DNA of 64,000 bases from the NCBI GenBank assembly GCA_951812575.1, contig OX638322.1:1237925-1301924 (forward strand), read 5' to 3'. Below the pieces are notes generated by a model. The model saw only the letters and a program-made list of their open reading frames with translations, made no database searches and was not told the DNA's origin. The stretch comes from Candidatus Binatia bacterium. GTDB lineage: Bacteria; Desulfobacterota; Binatia; Bin18. Below, piece by piece: positions 1 through 8,792 of the stretch (position 1 is its first letter; each line of letters opens with the position of its first letter). The position numbers were made by a program, and so were the translations under genes.

Positions 1-373
1 TGCTCGGTCTCGCCGGGCCCGTTCTTTTCTGGAGCGGCAGTCCCGACCCGAAGAAAGAAAGAAGGCATGGATTGTGCGCACCCTCTTGAATGCATGCTGT
101 TTGCATGCTAAATAATGCGCATAGCTCTCTGCCTGAAGGAGGGAGAAGAAATGCTCTGGAGGAACATGCCGGTGCGGGATACAGGGACACTGCTGAGGGA
201 AGGGCCGGCGCACCGGGCGCCGCTCCCCCCCACGGGTGCGGCAGGCCGGGATGGCGTCTGCCCCCTGACATCCATACTGTTTGCATAGAAAGGACCCTAG
301 CCGACGCGCGCCGCCGCCTGAGCCCACTGAGCCGGACACCGCCCACCCGGAGAAACCACGAAAGGCCAACACC

Positions 374-3300
374 ATGACAGCGACATCCCCGTCCCGGACC
401 CCCCATACCCCCACCCCCGCCCCCGGTGCGGCCCCCAGCCGGCGCGCGGTTTTCCGGCCCCGCATCCTGGGCGCCGTCCTCGCCGCCGCCACCCTGCTGC
501 TCGCCCGCCCGGCCGCGGCGGCCGCGCCGACGATCGACTCGGGCGATACCGCGATCGACTACCAGGAGAACAGCACGGCGGTGGTGGAGACCTACACGGC
601 CAGCGACGCAGATGGGGATACCATCACATGGGACGTGACGGGGACGGACAGCGCCCTGTTCGCCATCTCCAGTTCCGGCGAACTGACGTTCAACAGCCCC
701 CCCGACTACGAGGACCCGCAGGACGACGGCGTGAACAACACCTACGCGGTCACGGTGGAGGCGACCGCCGGCGGAGACATGGTCACGGTGGATGTCACCG
801 TCACCGTCACCGACGTGAACGAAGCCCCGACGATCACGGGCGATACCGCGCCCGACTACCCGGAGAACGGCACGACCGTGGTGGAGACCTACACGGCCAC
901 CGACCCGGAGGGGGATCCCATCACGTCGTGGGACGTGACGGGGACGGACAGCGCCCTGTTCGCCATCTCCAGTTCCGGCGAACTGACGTTCAACAGCCCC
1001 CCCGACTACGAGGACCCGCAGGACGACAGAGCGAACAACACCTACGCGGTCACGGTGGAGGCGACCGCCATCGGCGGCACGAGCACGGAGGATGTCACCG
1101 TCACCGTCACCGACGTGAACGAAGCCCCGACGATCGACGCGGGCGATACCGAGATCGACTACCCGGAGAACGGCACGGCCGTGGTGGAGACCTACACGGC
1201 CACCGACCCGGAGGATGATGCCATCGCGTGGAGCGTGACGGGGACGGACAGCGCCCTGTTCGCCATCTCCAGTTCCGGCGAACTGACGTTCAACAGCCCC
1301 CCCGACTACGAGAATCCGCAGGACGACGGCACCGACAACACCTACGCGGTCACGGTGAATGCGGCCGACGGCGCATTCACGGTCACGGCGAATGTCACCG
1401 TCACCGTCACCGACGTGAACGAACCCCCGACGATCACGGGCGATACCGCGCCCGACTACGCGGAGAACGGCACGGCGGTGGTGGAGACCTACACGGTGAG
1501 CGACCCGGAGGGGGATACCATCACGTTGAGCGTGACGGGGACGGACAGCGCCCTGTTCGTCCTCTCTGCGACCGGCGCCCTGGCGTTCCGGACCCCCCCC
1601 GACTACGAGAATCCGCAGGACGACGGCGCCGACAACACCTACGCGGTCACGGTGAATGCGGCCACCACTGTCGGCACGAGCACGGAGGATGTCACCGTCA
1701 CCGTCACCGACGTGAACGAAGCCCCGACGATCGACGCGGGCGATACCGAGATCGACTACCCGGAGAACGGCACGGCCGTGGTGGAGACCTACACGGCCAC
1801 CGACCCGGAGGATGATGCCATCACGTGGAGCGTGACGGGGACGGACAGCGCCCTGTTCGCCATCTCTGCGACCGGCGGCGCCCTGACGTTCAACAACCCC
1901 CCCGACTACGAGAATCCGCTGGACGACGGCACCGACAACACCTACGCGGTCACGGTAAATGCGGCCGACGGCGCATTCACGGTCACGGCGAATGTCACCG
2001 TCACCGTCACCGACGTGAACGAACCCCCGACGATCGCGGGCGATACCGCGCCCGACTACGCGGAGAACGGCACGACCGTGGTGGCGACCTACACGGCCCG
2101 CGACCAGGAGGGGGATGCCATCACGTTGAGCGTGACGGGGACGGACAGCGCCCTGTTCGCCATCTCCAGTTCCGGCGAACTGACGTTCACCAGCCCCCCC
2201 GACTACGAGACGCCGCTGGACGACGGCGCCGACAACACCTACGCGGTGACGGTGAATGCGGCCGACGGCGAAAACACGGCCACGGCGAATGTCACCGTCA
2301 CCGTCACCGACGTGAACGAACCCCCGACGATCACGGGCGAGACCGCGCCCGACTACCCGGAGAACAGCACGGCGGTGATAGCGATCTACACGGCCAGCGA
2401 CCCGGAGAATGAGCCCATCACGTGGGCCGTGACGGGGCCGGACAGCGGCCGCTTTGCCCTCTCCCCGGCTGGCGAACTGACGTTCAACAGCCCCCCCGAC
2501 TACGAGATGCCGCAGGACGTCGCCCAGGACAACGCCTACGCGGTCACGGTGGAAGTGGCCGTCGGCACCCACACCGCCACGCGGGCCGTGACCGTGACCG
2601 TGACCGACGTGAACGAAGCCCCGACGATCGACGCGGGCCCGACCGCCACCACGTACGCGGAGAACGACACGGCGGTGGTGGCGACCTTCACAGCCACCGA
2701 CCCCGAGGGGGAGACCGTCAGGTGGCGGCTGAGCGGGGAGGACTCAGACCGCTTCGCCCTGTCCCCGACGGGGGTGCTGACGTTCCGGCGCCCGCCCGAC
2801 TACGATGCGCCGCAGGACACCGGCCAGGACAACACCTACACCGTCACGGTGGGCGTGGTCGACCCCGGCGGCCTGACCCACACGCAGGCCCTGACCGTGA
2901 GCGTGCTCGGCGTGGAAGAAGCCCCCGTGCTCACGGGCCCGACCGCCACCACGTACGCGGAGAACGGCACGACGGCGGTGGCGACCTTCACGGCCACGGA
3001 CCCCGAGGGGGAGCCCATCACGTGGGACGTGGAGGGGCTGGACGGCAGCCTGTTCGCCATCGACACCCTGACCGGCGCACTGACCTTCCAGCTCCCGCCC
3101 GACTTTGAGGCGCCGCAGGACACCGACCAGGACAACGTGTACGAGATCACCATGGCCGTGACCGCGGGCGCAGACACGGTCCGGCAGGACCTGACCGTGA
3201 CCGTGATCGACGAGAACGAAGCCCCGACGATCGACGCGGGCCCGACCGCGTTCGCGTACGCGGAGAACGACACGGTGGTGGTGGCGACCTTCACGGCCAC

Positions 3301-5326
3301 CGACCCCGAGGGGGATGACATCATGTGGCGCGTGGAGGGGCCGGACGGCGCCCGGTTCGCCCTGTCCGCCAGCGGGGAGCTGACCTTCCGGCGCCCGCCC
3401 GACTTTGAGGCGCCGCAGGACGCCGACCAGGACAACGTATACGAGATCGCCGTGGTCGCGGCCGACGCCAACCAATCGAGCGAGCGGGCCGTGACCGTGA
3501 CCGTGGGCGGCGTGGACGAAGCCCCGGTGATCACGGGCCCGCAAGCCACCCGCGTCGTGTTCTCCACGACGCGGGTGGTGGGCACCTACACGGCCACCGA
3601 CCCGGAGGGGGCGCCCGCGGCCTTGGACGTGGAGGGGCCGGACCTCGCCTTCTTCACCCTCGCCGAGTCCGGGGCGCTGACGTTCCAGGCCCCCCCCGCC
3701 GGTGGGGCGCCCCAGGACGCCAACCAGGACAACGTGTACGAGGTCACGGTGGTCGCGCGTGACGCCGGCCCGGAGGGCATGCTGGCCGTGGCCGTGCGGG
3801 TGACCCCGCCGCCGCGACCCAGCACGCCGGCGCGCGCCGGCACGCCGCCGGCCACGGATACGGCCCGCCCGCAGGTGACGCTGCAAGCGGCGGTGGCCAC
3901 CCATCTGGGCACGCCGTTCGGGCTCACCATCCGGTTCTCCGAGCCCGTGAGCGGCTTTCGCCTGGGGGCGATCGCGGTGCAGAACGGGACGGCGGCTCAG
4001 TTCACGCCACAGTCCCCCCAGACCTACACGGTGACGATCACCCCCGCCACCGCCGCCGCCGCCGTGCAGATCGCGGTGGGGGCGAACGGGGCGCAGGACA
4101 GGGCCGGCAACGGCAACCGGCCGGCGACCCTGGTCGTCGAGGCGGCCGCGGCCCTGGTCGGCTACTTTGAGAGCCCGGCGGCCGGCACCGCGGTGGCAGG
4201 CATTGACCTCATCCGCGGCTGGGTGTTTGCCTCCGCGGCCGACGTGGAGATCACCACCCTGGTGCTGTATATCGACGGGCAGCCGGCGGCCACCATCCCG
4301 TGTTGTTCGGCCCGCCTGGACGTGGCCGCGGCCTATCCGGCCCTGCCGGCGACCACCACCACCCTCAGTGGCTGGGGGGTGACCTATAACTGGGGCGAGT
4401 TGCCCGCCGGGCCGCATACCCTGCGGGTGGTGGCCACGAGCAGCCAAGGCCGCCAGTGGGAGTCGGCCCGCCGCCAGGTCGAGGTGCTCAAGCCCGGCGA
4501 TGTGGCCTTTGCCGACCGGGTGAGTCTGGCCACGGCCACGGCCCGGCTCGAGGACGAAGAGCTGGAGTTGCGGGAGGTGGTGCTGCGGGATCAGGCGAGC
4601 CAGCAGGAACAGACGCTGACCCTGCGCTATGCGTGGCAGACCGCGGCCCAGGGGCTCCGGCTGGTGGAGACGCGCCCGGCGGCGGCAGCGGCGGCGCCGG
4701 GCGCGGCCTCCCTGCTGGCGCGGCTGCGGGCCGGGCTGACCCGCTGGGGGCGGGGGTGGCTGAGCCCGGTGGCGGCGACCGCGGCCACGGGGCTGACCGC
4801 GGTCTATGAAGCCCCGGCCGACGGGAGCGTGGTGGCCGGGGTCGGGCTCGTGCGGGGCTGGGCCTTCAGCGACCTGACGCCGGCGGAGCCCCGGGTGGCC
4901 CTGCTCATTGACGGGGCGGAGCAGGGGCCCGTGCCGTGTTGTTCCGCCCGCCCGGATGTGGCCGCCGCCTATCCCGGGGTGGCCGGCGCCCTGGCCAGTG
5001 GCTGGGGGCTGGTGTTCAACTACGGCGACCTGGAGCCGGGCCCCCATACGCTCGGGGTGCGGCTCACGGCCCAGACCGCTGGGGGCGCCCCCCTGGAGGA
5101 GACCCTGACCCATACGGTCACGGTGGTCCGCCTGGGCGGCTATGCCTTTGTGGACGAGTTTGACCTGCGGGCGGCGACGGTGCGGCTGGAGGACGAGGTG
5201 GTGGTCTTGAGCGGGGTGGTGGTCCGGGACAAGGCCACCCAGGCCACCCAGGTGGTGGAGGTGCGCTTGCGCTGGACGGCCGCCACCCAGGGCTTGCGCA
5301 TTGTGGGCAGTCAGGTGCAGCCCTAG
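374..5326 (+). CDS. Secreted giant cadherin-repeat surface protein (about 11 cadherin-like domains, an Ig-like domain, duplicated C-terminal domain)
   Basis: ORF 281..5326. The internal ATG at 374 is followed by a signal-peptide-like RPRILGAVLAAATLLLARPAAAAA. About 100-aa units each end in TVTVTDVNE(A/P)PTI and contain PPDYE.PQD...DNTY.V (cadherin-type pattern). Two C-terminal copies of a unit carry G.DL.RGW.F ... PCCSAR.DVAAAYP ... GPHTL. Confidence 0.8.
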   Translation: MTATSPSRTPHTPTPAPGAAPSRRAVFRPRILGAVLAAATLLLARPAAAAAPTIDSGDTAIDYQENSTAVVETYTASDADGDTITWDVTGTDSALFAISSSGELTFNSPPDYEDPQDDGVNNTYAVTVEATAGGDMVTVDVTVTVTDVNEAPTITGDTAPDYPENGTTVVETYTATDPEGDPITSWDVTGTDSALFAISSSGELTFNSPPDYEDPQDDRANNTYAVTVEATAIGGTSTEDVTVTVTDVNEAPTIDAGDTEIDYPENGTAVVETYTATDPEDDAIAWSVTGTDSALFAISSSGELTFNSPPDYENPQDDGTDNTYAVTVNAADGAFTVTANVTVTVTDVNEPPTITGDTAPDYAENGTAVVETYTVSDPEGDTITLSVTGTDSALFVLSATGALAFRTPPDYENPQDDGADNTYAVTVNAATTVGTSTEDVTVTVTDVNEAPTIDAGDTEIDYPENGTAVVETYTATDPEDDAITWSVTGTDSALFAISATGGALTFNNPPDYENPLDDGTDNTYAVTVNAADGAFTVTANVTVTVTDVNEPPTIAGDTAPDYAENGTTVVATYTARDQEGDAITLSVTGTDSALFAISSSGELTFTSPPDYETPLDDGADNTYAVTVNAADGENTATANVTVTVTDVNEPPTITGETAPDYPENSTAVIAIYTASDPENEPITWAVTGPDSGRFALSPAGELTFNSPPDYEMPQDVAQDNAYAVTVEVAVGTHTATRAVTVTVTDVNEAPTIDAGPTATTYAENDTAVVATFTATDPEGETVRWRLSGEDSDRFALSPTGVLTFRRPPDYDAPQDTGQDNTYTVTVGVVDPGGLTHTQALTVSVLGVEEAPVLTGPTATTYAENGTTAVATFTATDPEGEPITWDVEGLDGSLFAIDTLTGALTFQLPPDFEAPQDTDQDNVYEITMAVTAGADTVRQDLTVTVIDENEAPTIDAGPTAFAYAENDTVVVATFTATDPEGDDIMWRVEGPDGARFALSASGELTFRRPPDFEAPQDADQDNVYEIAVVAADANQSSERAVTVTVGGVDEAPVITGPQATRVVFSTTRVVGTYTATDPEGAPAALDVEGPDLAFFTLAESGALTFQAPPAGGAPQDANQDNVYEVTVVARDAGPEGMLAVAVRVTPPPRPSTPARAGTPPATDTARPQVTLQAAVATHLGTPFGLTIRFSEPVSGFRLGAIAVQNGTAAQFTPQSPQTYTVTITPATAAAAVQIAVGANGAQDRAGNGNRPATLVVEAAAALVGYFESPAAGTAVAGIDLIRGWVFASAADVEITTLVLYIDGQPAATIPCCSARLDVAAAYPALPATTTTLSGWGVTYNWGELPAGPHTLRVVATSSQGRQWESARRQVEVLKPGDVAFADRVSLATATARLEDEELELREVVLRDQASQQEQTLTLRYAWQTAAQGLRLVETRPAAAAAAPGAASLLARLRAGLTRWGRGWLSPVAATAATGLTAVYEAPADGSVVAGVGLVRGWAFSDLTPAEPRVALLIDGAEQGPVPCCSARPDVAAAYPGVAGALASGWGLVFNYGDLEPGPHTLGVRLTAQTAGGAPLEETLTHTVTVVRLGGYAFVDEFDLRAATVRLEDEVVVLSGVVVRDKATQATQVVEVRLRWTAATQGLRIVGSQVQP
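525..3800. repeat. Tandem 297-300-bp coding repeats (cadherin units), the first seven nearly identical at DNA level
   Basis: For example, nt 630-727 and 930-1027 are identical (98 nt). The same block recurs near 1230, 1527, 1827, 2127 and 2424. Later units are progressively diverged. Confidence 0.85.
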
Positions 5327-5592
5327 GGCGCTCCCCGGCCGGCGCCGGCGGGGGGCGAGGCGTGCCATGCGCTGAGCCCCTTGACGGTCCCGGCGCTGCC
5401 ACCCCACCGGCAATGCCACCCCAAACGGTCCGCCCACGCCGGACTGCCCGGCCTCCTGGTGACACCCCTGACCCTCCGCCTGTCCGTGGGCTCGGCCCAC
5501 CTCGGCCTCAGGAAGATACCCCCGTCGGAGCAGCCTCACTGCGCACCGGGGCGCGTCTCCCTTCTCCTCCTGCTGGTGGACACGTCTCCGGA

Positions 5593-5622
5593 TTGTCACT
5601 GCCCTGTCATCCCGGTGTCAAA
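5593..5622 (+). promoter_or_regulatory. Pho-box-like triple direct repeat upstream of ppk1
   Basis: TTGTCACtgccCTGTCATcccgGTGTCAAat: three TGTCA cores starting at 5594, 5605 and 5616, exactly 11 bp apart, which is the PhoB/PhoP-type direct-repeat spacing. It lies ~190-275 bp upstream of the candidate ppk starts. Confidence 0.4.
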
Positions 5623-5895
5623 TCTCTCCGATACAACGGCAGACGCTCTCCCTCCCCCCGGCGCTGGCAGGCGCCGTGTCGCTCTCCCTCCCTCGGATCA
5701 CACGCCCTGGCAGCGTCCCCCCCCTCTCCTCGCTTCCGTGCACTTGGATCGGTGCACAATCTCCCTAGAGGTTGATGCTGTCCTGGTCGAGAGAAACGGA
5801 AACGTCCGGGCATGGGCTGGTCGGGTGGCGCAGCTCGCTCCACGGGGTTGCTATTCGGCGCGCTGAGCTTATATCTATCGTTTTTGGAGTGTACA

Positions 5896-8010
5896 GTGGA
5901 AGACAAGCCCTTCATTAATCGTGAGTTGTCCTGGCTCGAATTCAATAGACGCGTGCTTGAAGAAGCCTTCGACGAGAGCGTCCCCCTGCTCGAACGCGTC
6001 AAGTTCATGGCCATCTTCAGCGCCAATATGGACGAATTTTTTATGGTCCGGGTGGCACGGCTCAAGCGGCGGATCGTTCAGGGCGACCTGGAGGCCGGTC
6101 CGGATGGCATGACCCCGGCCCAGACCCTGACCGCTATCTCAAAGCGAGTCCATGAGCTTGCCGAGGAACAACACCGGGGTTTTCTGGAGACCATTCAGCC
6201 ACAACTGGAGGCTGAGGGGATTCATATTACCCGTCCGGAAGAGTTGAATACCGAGCAGAGCCATTTTCTGGAAGACTTCTTTCGTCGGATCCTGCTGCCG
6301 GTCGTCACGCCGCTGGCGATTGACCCCGGCCATCCCTTTCCCCACCTCGGCAACCGTTCCCTGTGCCTGGTCGCGGCCCTGCGCTCGGCCGGGACCTCGC
6401 GTCTGCCCCGGACCAAACTGGCCGTTGTCCATATTCCCAGCCAGGTCGTCCAGCGCTTCATCGCGCTACCGGCTCCGGCCGGCAAGCATATCTTTATCCT
6501 GCTCGAAGATGTGGTGCGGCTGTACCTGCCTCGCCCGTATCACGGCTATGAGATCCTGTCGTGTCACGCCGTCCGGGTGACGCGGGACGCGGACTCAGCC
6601 CTGGCGCTCGGCCGAACCGAAGATTTGCTGACGAGTATCGAAGAGAGCGTGCGCGACCGGCGCATGGGGACCGCGGTGCGGCTGCAATACGACTCCGACC
6701 TGCCGCAGAGCATTCTCAATATGTTTATCGATGAGCTCGACCTGCACTCCGAAGATCTGTACGCCGGTGAGGGTTTCACCGCTTTTACCGACCTGTTTCA
6801 GCTCTATGGAGCCGTGGACCTGCCGCAGCATAAAGACCAGCCCTGGACACCCCTGCCGGTTCCGGCCTGTGAGCAAAAGCCGGATATGTGGAGCGCGATT
6901 CGGGAGGGCGACATCCTGGTCCACCATCCCTACCAGTCTTTCGATGTGGTCACGCGCTTTGTGGAAGAGGCCGCGACCGACCCGAATGTCCTGGCCATTA
7001 AAATGACCCTCTACCGGGTCAGCCCGACCTCGCCCATTGCCCAGGCGCTCACGCGGGCCGCAGAAGCGGGGAAAGAAGTGGCCGTCCTGGTCGAACTCCG
7101 GGCCCGTTTTGATGAGGAAGCCAATATTACCTGGGCGCGCGCGCTCGAAGAGGTCGGCGCCCATGTGGTGTATGGCCTGGTCGGCTATAAGACCCACTGC
7201 AAGGCCTGCCTGGTGGTACGGCGTGAGAGTGCTGGCATCCGTCGCTACTGCCATCTCGCAACCGGCAACTATAACGTGAATACGAGCGGCATCTACGGCG
7301 ACTTCGGTCTCTTTACCTGCCGCGAGTCCTTTGGCGACGATCTCACCGACCTGTTTAACCTGTTGACCGGCTATACCCGTCCGCAGGCGTTTCACCATCT
7401 CCTGGTCGCTCCCACGAGTATGCGGGAGGGCATGATTGAGCGGATTCGGCGCGAAGCGGAACACGCCCTGGAGGGCAAGCCGGCCAGAATCATTGCCAAG
7501 ATCAACAGCCTGGTTGACGCGGCCATGATCGAGGAGTTGTATACCGCCAGTCAGGCGGGGGTGGAGATTGATCTCATCATCCGGGGTATCTGCTGCCTGC
7601 GGTCCGGACTGCCGGGCATATCCGAACGGATTCGGGTGATTTCGATTATCGATCGCTACCTCGAACACGCCCGCATCTTTTATTTTCATAATCGTGGCGA
7701 GGCCGAGTATTTCCTCTCCTCGGCCGACTGGATGCCGCGCAATCTTGACCGCCGCGTCGAAGTCGCCTTTCCCATCCTTGATCCGCATATCCAGGACCAG
7801 CTTTTTGAAATACTCAGCATTCAACTGGCCGACACGGTCAAGGCGCGCGCAGTTTTGCCTGACGGACGCTCCAAGCGGGTGGAGCCCGACCCACTCTCTC
7901 CTGTCCGCTCTCAGCAACGCCTGTACGAATTGACCAAGGCCCAGTCCGACGCCCAGATGCCCGTTGAGGGAGAGCCCGACCTGGACGGCTTGCAGCCGTT
8001 TGAGGGGTGA
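5896..8010 (+). CDS. ppk: Polyphosphate kinase 1
   Basis: VEDKPFINRELSWLEFNRRVLEEA... matches the conserved PPK1 N-terminus, and the ~700-aa length fits. The GTG at 5896 is preceded by GGAG. ATG 5812 (ORF track) is the alternative start. Confidence 0.9.
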   Translation: MEDKPFINRELSWLEFNRRVLEEAFDESVPLLERVKFMAIFSANMDEFFMVRVARLKRRIVQGDLEAGPDGMTPAQTLTAISKRVHELAEEQHRGFLETIQPQLEAEGIHITRPEELNTEQSHFLEDFFRRILLPVVTPLAIDPGHPFPHLGNRSLCLVAALRSAGTSRLPRTKLAVVHIPSQVVQRFIALPAPAGKHIFILLEDVVRLYLPRPYHGYEILSCHAVRVTRDADSALALGRTEDLLTSIEESVRDRRMGTAVRLQYDSDLPQSILNMFIDELDLHSEDLYAGEGFTAFTDLFQLYGAVDLPQHKDQPWTPLPVPACEQKPDMWSAIREGDILVHHPYQSFDVVTRFVEEAATDPNVLAIKMTLYRVSPTSPIAQALTRAAEAGKEVAVLVELRARFDEEANITWARALEEVGAHVVYGLVGYKTHCKACLVVRRESAGIRRYCHLATGNYNVNTSGIYGDFGLFTCRESFGDDLTDLFNLLTGYTRPQAFHHLLVAPTSMREGMIERIRREAEHALEGKPARIIAKINSLVDAAMIEELYTASQAGVEIDLIIRGICCLRSGLPGISERIRVISIIDRYLEHARIFYFHNRGEAEYFLSSADWMPRNLDRRVEVAFPILDPHIQDQLFEILSIQLADTVKARAVLPDGRSKRVEPDPLSPVRSQQRLYELTKAQSDAQMPVEGEPDLDGLQPFEG

Positions 8011-8023
8011 CGCCTTCCCCCTC

Positions 8024-8310
8024 AAAAATCCCCTCCCCGGAGGGGTGCTGCCTATGGTGTCGATGGCTCCCTACGGCCTGTCCGCTCGTGCCCTCACCCG
8101 GCCCTGCGGGCCACCCTCTCCCAGGGGGCGAGGGTAAAAAAGCTCCTCTCCCGCTGGGAGAGGGGTTGGGGTGAGGGCCAAACCGCCAGACAAGTTCATT
8201 TGCATCATACGTCCCGGAGGGGTGCCGCGTAGCGGCGGGGTGGGTTCCCTGCCCGTCGGCATCACACGTCCCTGGAGGGGTGCCGCGTCCCGACCGGAAG
8301 GGCGTTCCCC
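8024..8310. repeat. Cluster of GC-rich palindromic intergenic repeats between convergent genes
   Basis: AAAAATCCCCTCCCCGGAGGGGTG (8024-8047). Inverted arms GCCCTCACCC (8090-8099) and GGGTGAGGGC (8169-8178) enclose the hairpin CCTCTCCCGCTGGGAGAGG. There is a direct repeat CATCA(T/C)ACGTCCC(T)GGAGGGGTGCCGCGT at 8203 and 8260. The CCCCTCC..GGAGGGGTGGC..GGGGTGGGTTCC unit recurs at 27538-27584. Confidence 0.7.
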
Positions 8311-8353
8311 TGCTCCGTGCCTTATCTCTCGGTGTCCGAGTGTGCGGGCCACG

Positions 8354-8596
8354 TCAGGCTGCACCCTGTCGAATGGTAATGGCCTCGCGCAGGCCATCAA
8401 GCAGCCCTTCGAGGTGGGCCATACGCGCGCGCAGTTCGGTCATCTGCTGCTCCAGGGCCGTAAACCGCTCGTCAAAATACTGACGCTGCGCCGCCAGTTC
8501 GGCGCGGATGGCCCGTTGGCCGCCCAGCATCAACCCGGCCAGGGTCGCCCCCACCGCTACCACGGCTATCAGGACTCCGATCAGTTCGACACCCAT
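8354..8596 (-). CDS. Small membrane-anchored coiled-coil protein (hypothetical)
   Basis: 80 aa. N-terminal hydrophobic helix LIGVLIAVVAVGATLAGLMLGG, then a heptad-like segment FDERFTALEQQMTELRARMAHLEGLLDGL. Confidence 0.45.
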   Translation of the reverse strand: MGVELIGVLIAVVAVGATLAGLMLGGQRAIRAELAAQRQYFDERFTALEQQMTELRARMAHLEGLLDGLREAITIRQGAA

Positions 8597-8792
8597 GGCG
8601 TTTTCTCCAGTATACAGACCGGTGTTGAGCGAGGCATATACAGCCGATTATCACCAATAGGAAGGTCGGGGCAATACGGCGCAGGGCGTGCCACACGCAT
8701 ATTACCCTCAGCCTCAAACGTGCTGCCTGTCGGGTACAGCGCAGCGGCGGGTACATTGAAACCCTTGCGGAAATCCTCTAGCGTGCAGGACA

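Noticed and set aside
97-286. Sigma-54 promoter, suggested by the TTGCAT cores
   Set aside because: No GG dinucleotide (TGGCAC-like -24 box) lies at the required 12-bp distance upstream of either TTGC.
2744-5599. 951-aa antisense ORF, plus many 60-250-aa ORFs in other frames across the cadherin gene (e.g. 628..3108 with RHRHRRER repeats)
   Set aside because: The translations are Arg/Gly/Pro/His-rich low complexity, typical of shadow frames in GC-rich repetitive DNA. The + strand frame gives a coherent cadherin-repeat protein.
5327-5895. ORFs 5362..5775, 5381..5866, 5118..5465(-) and 5607..6065(-) in the ppk leader
   Set aside because: They are Pro/Arg/Ser-rich, mutually overlapping, and lack RBS or family resemblance. 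The region is treated as non-coding, with the Pho-box-like site noted instead.
6595-8025. 476-aa antisense ORF inside ppk1
   Set aside because: A shadow ORF opposite a confidently recognised gene, with no recognisable motifs.
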